Source: Fibrobacter succinogenes subsp. succinogenes S85
Lineage (GTDB): Bacteria > Fibrobacterota > Fibrobacteria > Fibrobacterales > Fibrobacteraceae
Direction of reading: 5' to 3'
NCBI RefSeq assembly: GCF_000146505.1
Contig: NC_017448.1
Location: 1,200,001 to 1,232,000 of the forward strand
Length of the DNA: 32,000 bases
Shown here: positions 1 to 8,789 of the stretch, piece after piece
Layout of the letters: every line of letters begins with the position of its first letter
Position numbering within the stretch: position 1 is the first letter of the stretch
Program-made: the position numbers and the translations under genes
The notes under the pieces: generated by a model
What the model saw: the letters and a program-made list of their open reading frames with translations, nothing else
Databases searched by the model: none
What the model was told of the DNA's origin: nothing

Positions 1-34
1 GATGAAAGACGAGAGATATCGTCTATTTCTATAC

Positions 35-63
35 TTGCACATTCACGATGCTTTTTCTACATT
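35..63 (+). promoter_or_regulatory. Candidate sigma70-type promoter for the RNase P RNA gene
   Basis: TTGCAC (35-40), 17-nt spacer, TACATT (58-63), 7 nt before the inferred rnpB 5' end. Motif match only. Confidence 0.4.
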
Positions 64-70
64 TCGCCAC

Positions 71-435
71 GAGTGGCGGATGGCCGCCGGCAGCGAGCAA
101 TCAAAGCTGGAGGAAAGTCCGGGCACCGCAGGGCAAGATGCTGGATAACGTCCAGGCGCGGTAACGCGACAGAAAGTGCAGCAGAGAATAGACCGCCCGC
201 AGCAATGCGGGTAAGGGTGAAACGGCGAGGTAAGAGCTCACCGCGCTCCTGGTGACAGGAGTGGCATGGTAAACCTCATCCGGTGCAAGACCAAGCAGGA
301 TTCCGTTCGAAAGAACCTGGTGCGGCCCGTGCCAGCTGGATATCCGGGTAGGTCGCTTGAGGCGGTCGGTAACGATTCGTCCAGAGAGATGGTCATCGCT
401 TCGCAAGAAGTACAGAACCCGGCTTATAACTACTC
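71..435 (+). ncRNA. rnpB: RNase P RNA, bacterial type A
   Basis: Conserved blocks read directly: GGAGGAAAGTCCGGGC (109-124), ACAGAAAGTGCAGCAGAGAATAGACCGCC, GGGTAAGGGTGAAACGGCGAGGTAAGAGCTCACCGCG, ACAGAACCCGGCTTATAA (412-429). 5' GAGTGG can pair with 3' CTACTC (P1). Ends +/-5 nt. Confidence 0.93.
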
Positions 436-441
436 TACTAT

Positions 442-470
442 GAAGGCTTCCGCGACAAACGGAAGCCTTC
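442..470. terminator. Stem-loop between convergent rnpB and lipoprotein gene (probable bidirectional terminator)
   Basis: GAAGGCTTCCG (442-452) pairs perfectly with CGGAAGCCTTC (460-470), 7-nt loop. Followed by ATTTTTA on the + strand. Confidence 0.6.
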
Positions 471-477
471 ACCATTT

Positions 478-1077
478 TTAATCGTAGAGGTCGTCTTCTT
501 TTTGACGATTTTGACTATCTTCCCAATTTTTCTCTTCCCACTTGCAATCTTCGGCAAAAGAATTCGTTCTAGAGATAAGCTCATCCAATGGAGCATTCTC
601 AAAAGCAATTATAAAGTAAGAGACCTGGCCTTCGCAATATGTTTCAATAAAATTTTTCTTGTTTGATTTTTCCTTAACCGCTTCATTGAATTCCATGCAC
701 ATCGCCACTTTATTGCGATTGTTCAAATTGTAGTAGGAATCCTCGTAATACTGCGTACCGTTACCATCAGCATCAAAAGTCAATCGTTCAACATGACCTT
801 GGCGGTTCGGAATATTAAACTTCTTTTCGCTCCATATTTTTCCATCTGGTTCTTCACCATGGGTCACAATACAATAAAAATTGGGATCCCCATTCTCAGG
901 GAAACTACCCTTCTTGGCGTTTGACGTATTCGCGCCAGTTCCATTATTTGAGGAAGCCGCATTATTCTGATTATTTGACGTAGACGAAGCGTCACTATTG
1001 CTAGAAGCCGAGTCATCGCAAGCCGTCAAAGCAAAGGCAAGCGCAATTGAGCCCATAGCAAGCAAAAACTTTTTCAT
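478..1077 (-). CDS. Hypothetical lipoprotein with S/N-rich linker
   Basis: 199-aa ORF. Signal peptide with lipobox LTAC (MKKFLLAMGSIALAFALTAC), then a low-complexity Ser/Asn stretch. No family recognised. 28-nt gap from the upstream permease gene. Confidence 0.75.
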   Translation of the reverse strand: MKKFLLAMGSIALAFALTACDDSASSNSDASSTSNNQNNAASSNNGTGANTSNAKKGSFPENGDPNFYCIVTHGEEPDGKIWSEKKFNIPNRQGHVERLTFDADGNGTQYYEDSYYNLNNRNKVAMCMEFNEAVKEKSNKKNFIETYCEGQVSYFIIAFENAPLDELISRTNSFAEDCKWEEKNWEDSQNRQKEDDLYD

Positions 1078-1105
1078 TCCATTTCTCCTTTCTTAAAAAT
1101 TTCTC

Positions 1106-1750
1106 TTACAAACTTACAAATTTTTTCATACCCGCAAAAGTGACTGCTATGCTCACGAGTACAGATAAAGCCAAAATTACAAGCGGAATAAACAAGCCAC
1201 TCAAAAAAACTTCATGGCCAAGTTGCACAAGCAAAAGAAGAGGAATGATAAAGAACAATGTAATGTGCGTCGCTGCACGGACAGTCTTAACGCGAAGCGA
1301 TACCATCAGCGAAAACGCGGTCGTCAAAAGCACCGCCGAAAGTGCTCCAAGCATTGAAGCGATCGCCGCCATCGCCGTAATTTCAGAATGAGAAAACCAG
1401 TAGCCGAGCTGAGCCAAAAGAGCAAACACAACCGGAAACGGGAGAATCGCAAATAGCTTGCCCCAAAAGAGCTTCGCAGGCGCAATCGGAGAAAGCTGCA
1501 AAAGTTCCAGCGAATTGCGTTCACGCTCGCCCGCAAAAGAATCACCCGCCAAGGGAGCGCCCATCGGGGCCATCAAGCAACCGAGCAACAGCATCATGTA
1601 GCTTTCCATGCCCTGCATAATCTCTCCACCGTAACGCGACACAGCAATCGCCTGGCTCGCCGCAAGAATCACCGGCGGGATGATAAACGGAATCCAAAAA
1701 CGCGGATCCCTAAAGATCAAACGAAGTTCGTGTTTAAAAACATGGAGCAT
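1106..1750 (-). CDS. ABC-2 type (NatB-like) transporter permease-like membrane protein
   Basis: 214-aa ORF with about 6 hydrophobic helices. Loop DSFAGERERNSLELLQLSP resembles the conserved GE-x-E-x-x-TLE-LL-x-x-P loop of ABC-2 permeases. No ATPase gene adjacent. Confidence 0.6.
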   Translation of the reverse strand: MLHVFKHELRLIFRDPRFWIPFIIPPVILAASQAIAVSRYGGEIMQGMESYMMLLLGCLMAPMGAPLAGDSFAGERERNSLELLQLSPIAPAKLFWGKLFAILPFPVVFALLAQLGYWFSHSEITAMAAIASMLGALSAVLLTTAFSLMVSLRVKTVRAATHITLFFIIPLLLLVQLGHEVFLSGLFIPLVILALSVLVSIAVTFAGMKKFVSL

Positions 1751-1870
1751 ATATCTAACCTAGAACTTAGCAAAAAAAGAACTCTCACAGCAGCAATTTC
1801 AGTCATTTCGTGCTACCAAATTGAAAATTTCGTATTTTTTGTAGCATACTTTTATATTTTCAGGTTTGTC

Positions 1871-2203
1871 ATGAGCGATAATTTGAAAAATAAACTCTAC
1901 GTGTGGGCGGTATTCACTGTCGGAGGGCTTATATTTGGAGCTTTTCTGGTTCCTATTTTCGGCTTTGAAAAAGTGTTTTACGTATTCCTTACATATTCTC
2001 TTTTTTCTGCAATCTGCATTTTTGTATTTGGAGTATTTCCGGCAGAAAGACCCATAAATGGGAAACAGCAATTCATCGACGATTATTTTTCGGAAGAAGA
2101 TAACCACGGCGACGAAACGGACAAATTCGACGAAATTATGGGCTTAAGAGAAAAAGAAAAATCCTTTGACGAACTCATCGCCGCAAGGAAGAAAGACAAA
2201 TAG
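1871..2203 (+). CDS. Small membrane protein, hypothetical
   Basis: The track ORF 1730..2203 would overlap the divergent permease start. The internal ATG at 1871 (MSDNLKNKLYVWAVFTVGG...) gives 110 aa with two hydrophobic helices and a charged tail. A strong terminator follows. Confidence 0.5.
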   Translation: MSDNLKNKLYVWAVFTVGGLIFGAFLVPIFGFEKVFYVFLTYSLFSAICIFVFGVFPAERPINGKQQFIDDYFSEEDNHGDETDKFDEIMGLREKEKSFDELIAARKKDK

Positions 2204-2211
2204 AATACAAA

Positions 2212-2240
2212 ACGGGACTCTTTCGAGTCCCGTTTTTTTA
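2212..2240 (+). terminator. Rho-independent terminator
   Basis: ACGGGACTC (2212-2220) / GAGTCCCGT (2225-2233), 4-nt loop, then a T-run (2233-2239). Confidence 0.8.
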
Positions 2241-2346
2241 AATGGCGACCCCAGCACACTTCGACAAGCTCAGTGACCTGCCGGGGATCTCTCGTCTTTC
2301 GTCTGTAGCCCGCCGTGGCGGGCGTTCTTTCGTCTAATAACGCGAC

Positions 2347-4041
2347 TTAGTCGCGCTTGAGCGTCTTGTATCGAATCGGCTTCGGATTGTCGGCGTCTTC
2401 ACCGAGGCGCTTGCGGCGATCAGCTTCGTATTCGCTCCAGTTGCCTTCGAACCACACGACCTTCGAATCGCCTTCGTAAGCGAGGATGTGCGTTGCGATA
2501 CGGTCGAGGAACCAGCGGTCATGCGAGATGATCACGGCGCAGCCTGCGAACTTGAGGATAGCCTGTTCGAGAGCCTGCAACGTTTCAATGTCCAAGTCGT
2601 TCGTCGGTTCGTCAAGGAACAAGAGGTTGCCCGGCTTCTGCAAGTTCTTTGCCATGAGCACGCGGTTGCGCTCACCACCAGAGAGCTGCGAGAGTTTCTT
2701 CTGCTGGGCTGCACCCGTGAAATTGAAGAGACCGCAGTAAGCACGGCCATTCATCTTGCGGTCGCCCACCAAGATTTCGTCGTTGCCTCCCGTGATGGAT
2801 TCCCAAACCGTCTTGGAATCGTCCAAGCTTTCGCGGCCCTGTTCCATACTGATGATTTCGACTGTTTCGCCAATCTTGAGCGTACCGCCATCCGGCTTTT
2901 CCTGGCCCATGATAATCTTGAACAAAGTTGTCTTACCAGCACCGTTCGGACCGATAATGCCCACGATACCCGAGCGCGGCAAACTGAAGTTCAAATCGTC
3001 GAACAGCACCTTTTCGCCAAAGGCCTTCTGCAAATGTTCCGCTTGAATGACGACATCGCCCAAGCGCTTGCCGTTTGCAATGTGGATCTGAGCAACCTTG
3101 ATTTGTTCCTTGGAATCTTCGGCCAAGAGTTCTTCGTAAGCCTTGAGACGAGCCTTGCTCTTTGCCTGGCGAGCCTTCGGACTCTGCTTGACCCATTCCT
3201 GTTCACGAGCGAGGCGCTTCTGACGGTCAGATTCACCCTTTTCTTCGTTCTTCATGCGTTCAAGTTTCTGGTCAAGCCACTGGGCGTAATTGCCTTCCCA
3301 AGGAATGCCGCGGCCGCGGTCAATTTCCAAGATCCAGTTCGTTACGTTGTCAAGGAAGTAACGGTCATGCGTCACGAGAATCACGGAGCCCTTGTATTCG
3401 CGGAGGTGACGTTCGAGCCATGCAACCGTTTCGGCATCCAAGTGGTTCGTCGGTTCGTCCAAGAGCAACAAATCCGGTTCTTCGAGGAGCAAGCGGCAGA
3501 GGGCCACACGGCGCTTTTCACCGCCGGATAGGTTCGTCACCGGCCAATCGCCCGGCGGGCAACGGAGAGCGTCCATTGCAATTTCAATGTTGCGGTCAAG
3601 GCTCCACAAGTCCTGAGCATCGATGATGTCCTGAAGCTTAGCCTGTTCGTCGAGAAGCTTGTTCATCTCGTCGTCTTCCATCGGTTCAGCAAACTTCATG
3701 GAAATTTCGTTGAAGCGGTCGAGCACGGCCTGCTTTTTAGCAACAGCCTGCATCACGTTTTCCTTGACGGTCAAGTTCGGGTCAAGCTGCGGTTCCTGCG
3801 GCAAGTAGCCTGCGGTGCGGCCCGGTTCAATCCAAGCTTCGCCCTGGAATTCCTTGTCAATACCCGCCATAATGCGGAGAAGCGTTGACTTACCGGCACC
3901 GTTCTGGCCGATAATACCAATCTTTGCGCCATAGTAGAAGCTCAAAGAAATGTCCTTCAGCACCTCTTTGTTAGGCGGATAGGACTTGGTCATTTTGTAC
4001 ATGTAGAAAACGAATTTTTCTGCTTTGTTTTGTTCGGCCAT
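2347..4041 (-). CDS. ettA: Energy-dependent translational throttle protein EttA (ABC-F ATPase)
   Basis: 564 aa with two ABC cassettes (Walker A GQNGAGKS and GPNGAGKT; signatures LSGGEKRR and LSGGERNR). Collinear with E. coli EttA/YjjK as recalled, e.g. THDRYFLDNV and ISHDRWFLDRIATHIL. Confidence 0.95.
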   Translation of the reverse strand: MAEQNKAEKFVFYMYKMTKSYPPNKEVLKDISLSFYYGAKIGIIGQNGAGKSTLLRIMAGIDKEFQGEAWIEPGRTAGYLPQEPQLDPNLTVKENVMQAVAKKQAVLDRFNEISMKFAEPMEDDEMNKLLDEQAKLQDIIDAQDLWSLDRNIEIAMDALRCPPGDWPVTNLSGGEKRRVALCRLLLEEPDLLLLDEPTNHLDAETVAWLERHLREYKGSVILVTHDRYFLDNVTNWILEIDRGRGIPWEGNYAQWLDQKLERMKNEEKGESDRQKRLAREQEWVKQSPKARQAKSKARLKAYEELLAEDSKEQIKVAQIHIANGKRLGDVVIQAEHLQKAFGEKVLFDDLNFSLPRSGIVGIIGPNGAGKTTLFKIIMGQEKPDGGTLKIGETVEIISMEQGRESLDDSKTVWESITGGNDEILVGDRKMNGRAYCGLFNFTGAAQQKKLSQLSGGERNRVLMAKNLQKPGNLLFLDEPTNDLDIETLQALEQAILKFAGCAVIISHDRWFLDRIATHILAYEGDSKVVWFEGNWSEYEADRRKRLGEDADNPKPIRYKTLKRD

Positions 4042-4095
4042 ATTTTAGTGATTAATGGTTAGTGATTAGAGGTTAGCGGCCATGCCGCAGTTTAA

Positions 4096-4317
4096 TTATG
4101 CATTCCTAATATAGAAATATCTGTTCAGAGCCAACATTACAAGCTGCATCGAGACTGCGAATAGCGCCATAATAGCGATGTAATCCAAAGTAAATAGCAG
4201 ATATCCGTGCTCCAGATCCAAAGAAAAGAACGGTTGTTGAAGCGTCATGTATTTCCACAAGCCTCGTTCGATAAAGGCATAAATTCCATAAACGCCAAGA
4301 GCCGAGACCACGCCCAT
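4096..4317 (-). CDS. Small membrane protein, hypothetical
   Basis: 73 aa from ATG 4317. The track start at 4353 would overlap the upstream gene by 28 nt. Two hydrophobic helices, no family recognised, start uncertain. Confidence 0.4.
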   Translation of the reverse strand: MGVVSALGVYGIYAFIERGLWKYMTLQQPFFSLDLEHGYLLFTLDYIAIMALFAVSMQLVMLALNRYFYIRNA

Positions 4318-4325
4318 CGCAATAT

Positions 4326-4904
4326 CTAAAGCACACCGAGATATTTTAACCACTTATCCACATCCTTCTGAGCTTTTTTACGATTATTCTGAGCAATATG
4401 CCCATAGATAGAAAGACCTTTCGTCACAACGGCTCCCGTTGCAGCCTTTTTCAGTTTTGCAATGGCAGAAAGACCACTCCCCTCATGCGTCACGAACGGA
4501 TGAACCAACTTTCCCTTCAGATTATACTTTTCAAGAAAAGTATACATCAGCATAGGCATATCGTTCAACCACACTGGATAACCAATATAAATTTCATCAA
4601 ACTCCTCAGGATTTACCTCCACAGGTTTAATCGCCGGACGAGCGTTTTCTGCGCGATCCTTTTTCGCTGCACTGAGGCATTCATCATAGGTCCTGGGGTA
4701 TTCCGTTTCTGGCATCACGCGCAAAAGCGTAGCGCCCGTCTTTTCCGCAATCATCTCGGCAATGATTTCGGTATTACCTTTGATAATTGTACCGACGCTG
4801 ACGTTTTCGCCAATATGGGAAAAATAGGCGACGAGGATTTTCTTTTCGGCCGCCATGGATACACCAATGAGAAACATCAATAGAATTAAGACTATTTTAC
4901 GCAT
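4326..4904 (-). CDS. Flavodoxin-like protein with N-terminal signal peptide or membrane anchor
   Basis: 192 aa. MRKIVLILLMFLIGVSMAAEKK hydrophobic leader, then the flavodoxin-type beta1-loop KKILVAYFSHIGEN, consistent with the Flavodoxin_4-type family. Confidence 0.75.
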   Translation of the reverse strand: MRKIVLILLMFLIGVSMAAEKKILVAYFSHIGENVSVGTIIKGNTEIIAEMIAEKTGATLLRVMPETEYPRTYDECLSAAKKDRAENARPAIKPVEVNPEEFDEIYIGYPVWLNDMPMLMYTFLEKYNLKGKLVHPFVTHEGSGLSAIAKLKKAATGAVVTKGLSIYGHIAQNNRKKAQKDVDKWLKYLGVL

Positions 4905-5030
4905 GCTCCGCTCCTGTTCTCAATTTTTTACCATTAACTAAAAATAATATAAAAAAATAAGAGAAACCACACGCAATTAGAACAATATGGAATACATTTG
5001 AGCTAAAGCAAACAAAACGGCATCAATCCA

Positions 5031-5675
5031 CTAAATACACGCCAAGAACTGCTTAATTTTAGCCTTGACGAAATTCAAGTCCGAGTTCGTAATTACCGGA
5101 ATGAGCGTATTAATTTCTTCGACGGACTTATCCCACCATTTCCACTTGAGCAAAAGCATCGTCAGTTCCTCGTCAAAACGGCTGCGGATATACTGCGCCG
5201 GGTTACCCGCCACAATCGTATAAGGCTCCACATCGCTCCCCACAACGGCATTTGCACCGACAATCGCACCATCGCCAATATGCACGCCCGGCAAAATTAC
5301 CGCGTTCTGCCCAATCCACACGTCGTTCCCAATCACCGTATCGCCCTTGAGCGGCAAATTTTCCTTCGCAGGAGGCGCCATATTCCACCCCTGCAATGTG
5401 TAAAACGGGAACGTCGAAACAGCATTCATCTGATGGTTCGCGCCATTCATCACGAACTCCACCCCTGCCGCGATTTGGCAGAATTTTCCGACAATTAACT
5501 TGTCGTCATTCCACGGATACAGATGCGTCACGTGACTCTCAAAATCGCTATCGGCAATGTAGGTGAAATCGCCCACGACAATCTGCGGATTCTTGACCAT
5601 CGGCTTCACGTAAATTTCCTTATCGTACCCCGCAATCGGGTGGACCGTCATCGGATCAGGGAGTGTATTTGGCAT
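5031..5675 (-). CDS. Vat-family streptogramin A O-acetyltransferase (xenobiotic acetyltransferase, hexapeptide repeat)
   Basis: 214 aa. Collinear with Vat(D)/SatA as recalled: HLYPWNDDKLIVGKFCQIAAGVEFVMNGANHQMN, LPLKGDTVIGNDVWIGQNAVILPGVHIGDGAIVGANAVV, GNPAQYIRSRFDEE, KWKWWD. Confidence 0.85.
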   Translation of the reverse strand: MPNTLPDPMTVHPIAGYDKEIYVKPMVKNPQIVVGDFTYIADSDFESHVTHLYPWNDDKLIVGKFCQIAAGVEFVMNGANHQMNAVSTFPFYTLQGWNMAPPAKENLPLKGDTVIGNDVWIGQNAVILPGVHIGDGAIVGANAVVGSDVEPYTIVAGNPAQYIRSRFDEELTMLLLKWKWWDKSVEEINTLIPVITNSDLNFVKAKIKQFLACI

Positions 5676-5732
5676 AGGGCCCTCTCTTGGAAATGTAAGG
5701 TATTCAAAAAAATATTATTTTTCACACCCGCT

Positions 5733-7577
5733 ATGCCCACCGCTCACGAAATTTTAAAATCTGTTTTCGGCTACGATGCATTCCGCCCCATGCAAGAGGA
5801 AATCATCGAGCATGTCGTTTCAGGGAAAGACGCGCTCGTGCTGATGCCGACTGGCGGCGGAAAGTCCATTTGCTACCAGATTCCGGCCTTGATGTTCAAG
5901 GGCATCACGGTCGTTATTTCACCGTTGATTTCACTGATGAAAGACCAGGTGGACGCGCTGAACGCAAACGGCATCGGCGCAGACGCGCTGAACAGCAACA
6001 ACGAGGAAGGAGAAAACGCTGCAATCCGGCAGCGTTGCAAAGCAGGGCAAACCAAGATTCTCTACATCTCGCCGGAGCGCTTGCAGCGGGAAATTCCGTG
6101 GTTGCAACAGCACCTGAGCATTTCGCTGTTCGCTATCGACGAGGCGCATTGCATTTCGCAATGGGGACACGACTTCCGTCCAGAATACACGCAGCTCGGC
6201 ATGCTGCACCAAGCATTCCCAAGCGCAACAATCATGGCACTGACGGCAACGGCAGACAAGCTCACAAAAGAAGATATCGTCCGCCAGCTGAACTTGCGAG
6301 ACTTTAGACTTTTCGTGAGTTCGTTCGACCGCCCGAATCTGAGTCTCGATGTGCGGCGCGGTTATTCCGCTTCCGAAAAGCTGAAGGCGATTTTGTCCAT
6401 CATTTCAAAGCACAAGCACGAATCGGGAATCATCTATTGCCTTTCGCGCAAGAGCACCGAGAAAGTCGCCGAAGAACTCATCAACGCAGGCGTTTACGCA
6501 AAGGCATACCATGCGGGGCTCACTGCCGAAGAGCGCAACAACGTGCAAGAGGATTTCATCAACGACAACATCAATGTCGTGTGTGCGACAATCGCATTCG
6601 GCATGGGCATCGACAAAAGCAACGTCCGTTACGTCATCCATTACAATCTCCCCAAAAGCATAGAGAGTTTTTACCAAGAAATCGGACGCGCGGGCCGCGA
6701 CGGTCTCCCTTCCGAAACGGTGCTGTTCTACAATTTCCAGGACATCATCACGCTCCGCAAATTTGTAAACGACAGCGGGCAACGAGATATCAACTCCGAG
6801 AAGCTCGACCGCATGCAGGAATATGCCGAATCGCAGGTTTGCCGTCGTCGCATTTTGCTCAACTACTTCGGTGAAAACAACAGTAGCAACTGCGGGAATT
6901 GCGACATTTGCAAGCACCCGCCACAGCGTTTCAACGGCACAATCCTCGTGCAAAAAGCACTTTCTGCCATTAAGCGCACCGGCGAGCACATCGGCTTTTC
7001 AATGACCGCCGACATTCTCAAAGGTACTCTCAGCGACGAAATCGTCCAAAAGGGTTACAACAAACTCAAGACGTTCGGTGTCGGTAGCAAGACAACGCTC
7101 AAGCATTGGCACGACTACCTTTTGCAAATGCTGCAACTAGGCTACATTGAAATCGCCTACAACGAAAACAACCACCTTAAAATAACCGAGAGCGGTAACG
7201 AAGTCCTCTTCGGGAAGAAAACGGCAGAACTTGCCATCGCCGCAAAAGCAGAAGCAAAAGAAGACGCGAAGCCGAGAAGCAGTCGCACATCATTCAATCG
7301 CAGTGGCAATTCGCACACAACCTACGCGCACTCTTCTGCCGACGACGCGGAAGACAATTCCCTATTCGAAGCTCTGCGAAAAGTCCGCAGGCAAATCGCT
7401 GATGAAAACAATTGGCCAGCCTATGTCGTGCTCTCCGACCGCACGCTAAGAGATCTCGCCTACAAAGCGCCCACATCCATCAACGAACTCCAGGACGTAT
7501 CCGGCTTTGGCGAAATGAAAATCCGAAAGTTCGGGCAGCAATTCGTAGACGCCATCCGCGATTACATGAATCAATAA
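5733..7577 (+). CDS. recQ: ATP-dependent DNA helicase RecQ
   Basis: 614 aa from ATG 5733 (MPTAHEILKSVFGYDAFRPMQEEII). Motifs MPTGGGKS and DEAHCISQWGHDFRPEY, Zn-binding CRRRILLNYFGE...CGNCDIC, C-terminal HRDC (PAYVVLSDRTLRDLA...GFGEMKIRKFG). The track ORF start at 5523 overlaps the vat gene and is rejected. Confidence 0.95.
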   Translation: MPTAHEILKSVFGYDAFRPMQEEIIEHVVSGKDALVLMPTGGGKSICYQIPALMFKGITVVISPLISLMKDQVDALNANGIGADALNSNNEEGENAAIRQRCKAGQTKILYISPERLQREIPWLQQHLSISLFAIDEAHCISQWGHDFRPEYTQLGMLHQAFPSATIMALTATADKLTKEDIVRQLNLRDFRLFVSSFDRPNLSLDVRRGYSASEKLKAILSIISKHKHESGIIYCLSRKSTEKVAEELINAGVYAKAYHAGLTAEERNNVQEDFINDNINVVCATIAFGMGIDKSNVRYVIHYNLPKSIESFYQEIGRAGRDGLPSETVLFYNFQDIITLRKFVNDSGQRDINSEKLDRMQEYAESQVCRRRILLNYFGENNSSNCGNCDICKHPPQRFNGTILVQKALSAIKRTGEHIGFSMTADILKGTLSDEIVQKGYNKLKTFGVGSKTTLKHWHDYLLQMLQLGYIEIAYNENNHLKITESGNEVLFGKKTAELAIAAKAEAKEDAKPRSSRTSFNRSGNSHTTYAHSSADDAEDNSLFEALRKVRRQIADENNWPAYVVLSDRTLRDLAYKAPTSINELQDVSGFGEMKIRKFGQQFVDAIRDYMNQ

Positions 7578-7580
7578 AAA

Positions 7581-7606
7581 AATCCCGCAGCACACGCCAC
7601 GGGATT
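7581..7606. terminator. Stem-loop between convergent recQ and ilvE (terminator, T-run on minus strand)
   Basis: AATCCCG (7581-7587) / CGGGATT (7600-7606), 12-nt loop. An A7 run precedes it on +, which is a T-run after the hairpin on the minus strand. Confidence 0.6.
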
Positions 7607-7625
7607 CTCGAAAAGATTCATCTAA

Positions 7626-8660
7626 TTAAAGATCAACAACTTCAGTCCAGCCGAACGGATCTTCAGCTTCACCGAACTGGATAGCAGTGTACTTGGTGAA
7701 GAGTTCCGTGCAGACCGGACCCGGATTCTTGCCGTCACCGTAAGTGAATTCCTTGCCTGCGACCGGATCCACAATCTTCTTGATCGGGGTAATCACGGCA
7801 GCCGTACCGCATTCAGCCGTTTCGCTGAATTCAGCAAGTTCTTCAAACGGAACCTGGCGACGTTCCACAGTGTAGCCGAGGTATTCAGCCAACTGCTGCA
7901 AGCTCTTGTTCGTAATAGACGGCAAGATGGATTCGGACTTCGGGGTCACGTAGGTCTTGCCCTTGATGCCGAAGAAGTTTGCCGGACCGCATTCGTCGAT
8001 ATACTTCTTTTCCTTAGCATCGAGATAAATCGTGCTGGAGTAACCGAGCTTCTTGGCTTCAGCAAGAGACTGGAGGCTAGCAGCGTAGTTGCCACCGACC
8101 TTCACCGTACCCGTACCCTGCGGAGCAGCGCGGTCGTAGTTGCGGCTGATCATCATGTCCACCGGCTTGAACCCATCCTTGAAGTACGGACCCACCGGAG
8201 TCACAAACATCATGAGCAAATATTCATCAGCCGGCTTCACACCCACTTCCGGGCTCATACCAATCAGGAGCGGACGGATGTAGAGCGTTGCGCCATAACC
8301 ATAAGGCGGAACAAAGCGCTTGTTCAATTTCACCACAGTGTGGACCATTTCGCGGAAAAGTTCAACCGGCGGAACAGCCATCAAAATACGGTTGGCCGTA
8401 TTCTGCATACGCTTAGCGTTTTCATCGACGCGGAAAATACGGACCTTGCCGTCCTTGCCCGTGTAAGCCTTGAGGCCTTCAAAACCTTCCTGGCCGTAAT
8501 GCAAGCAAGTAGCGGCCATATGGATGCTGATGTCCTTGGAAGAAGATACTTCAATCTTGCCCCATTCACCATTGCGGTAGTAGCAGCGGACATTGTAATC
8601 GGTATCGTAATAACCGAAGGGGAGCGTCTTCCAATCGACAGTATTCAAATCAACTTGCAT
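7626..8660 (-). CDS. ilvE: Branched-chain amino acid aminotransferase (PLP fold type IV)
   Basis: 344 aa. Long-form BCAT pattern (LHYGQEGFEGLKAY, TLYIRPLLIG, GTGTVKVGGNYAASL, ECGPANFFGIKG). Confidence 0.9.
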   Translation of the reverse strand: MQVDLNTVDWKTLPFGYYDTDYNVRCYYRNGEWGKIEVSSSKDISIHMAATCLHYGQEGFEGLKAYTGKDGKVRIFRVDENAKRMQNTANRILMAVPPVELFREMVHTVVKLNKRFVPPYGYGATLYIRPLLIGMSPEVGVKPADEYLLMMFVTPVGPYFKDGFKPVDMMISRNYDRAAPQGTGTVKVGGNYAASLQSLAEAKKLGYSSTIYLDAKEKKYIDECGPANFFGIKGKTYVTPKSESILPSITNKSLQQLAEYLGYTVERRQVPFEELAEFSETAECGTAAVITPIKKIVDPVAGKEFTYGDGKNPGPVCTELFTKYTAIQFGEAEDPFGWTEVVDL

Positions 8661-8789
8661 AGTATTAACCTTTTTTGCAAATGTGCATATTTAAAGGTAT
8701 CATTCGGTACCGCTTGAAAAATACAATTATAAACGCCCTTTTGGCATCCCTTGTTCAAAAATTTTGCAAAAAAATGCCCCACTTACAAA

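Noticed and set aside
73-481. ORFs 73..255, 101..475 and 266..481
   Set aside because: They lie within the RNase P RNA gene and are spurious.
1-2303. Inverted match between GAAAGACGAGAGAT (4-17) and ATCTCTCGTCTTTC (2287-2300). It could have marked terminal inverted repeats around rnpB and three genes.
   Set aside because: A 14-nt exact inverted match is expected by chance a few times in a 32-kb window when both strands are considered. There is no transposase or target duplication, and the window edge truncates the context. The intergenic segment 2241-2346 otherwise remains unexplained.
2488-3531. 347-aa + strand ORF, plus several smaller ones between 2334 and 3626
   Set aside because: It lies entirely antisense to or overlapping the confidently identified ettA gene. 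The product is low-complexity and R/A/L-rich, typical of shadow ORFs.
5523-5732. N-terminal 70-aa extension of the recQ ORF
   Set aside because: It overlaps the 5' part of the divergent vat gene. The RecQ homology begins at the ATG at 5733.
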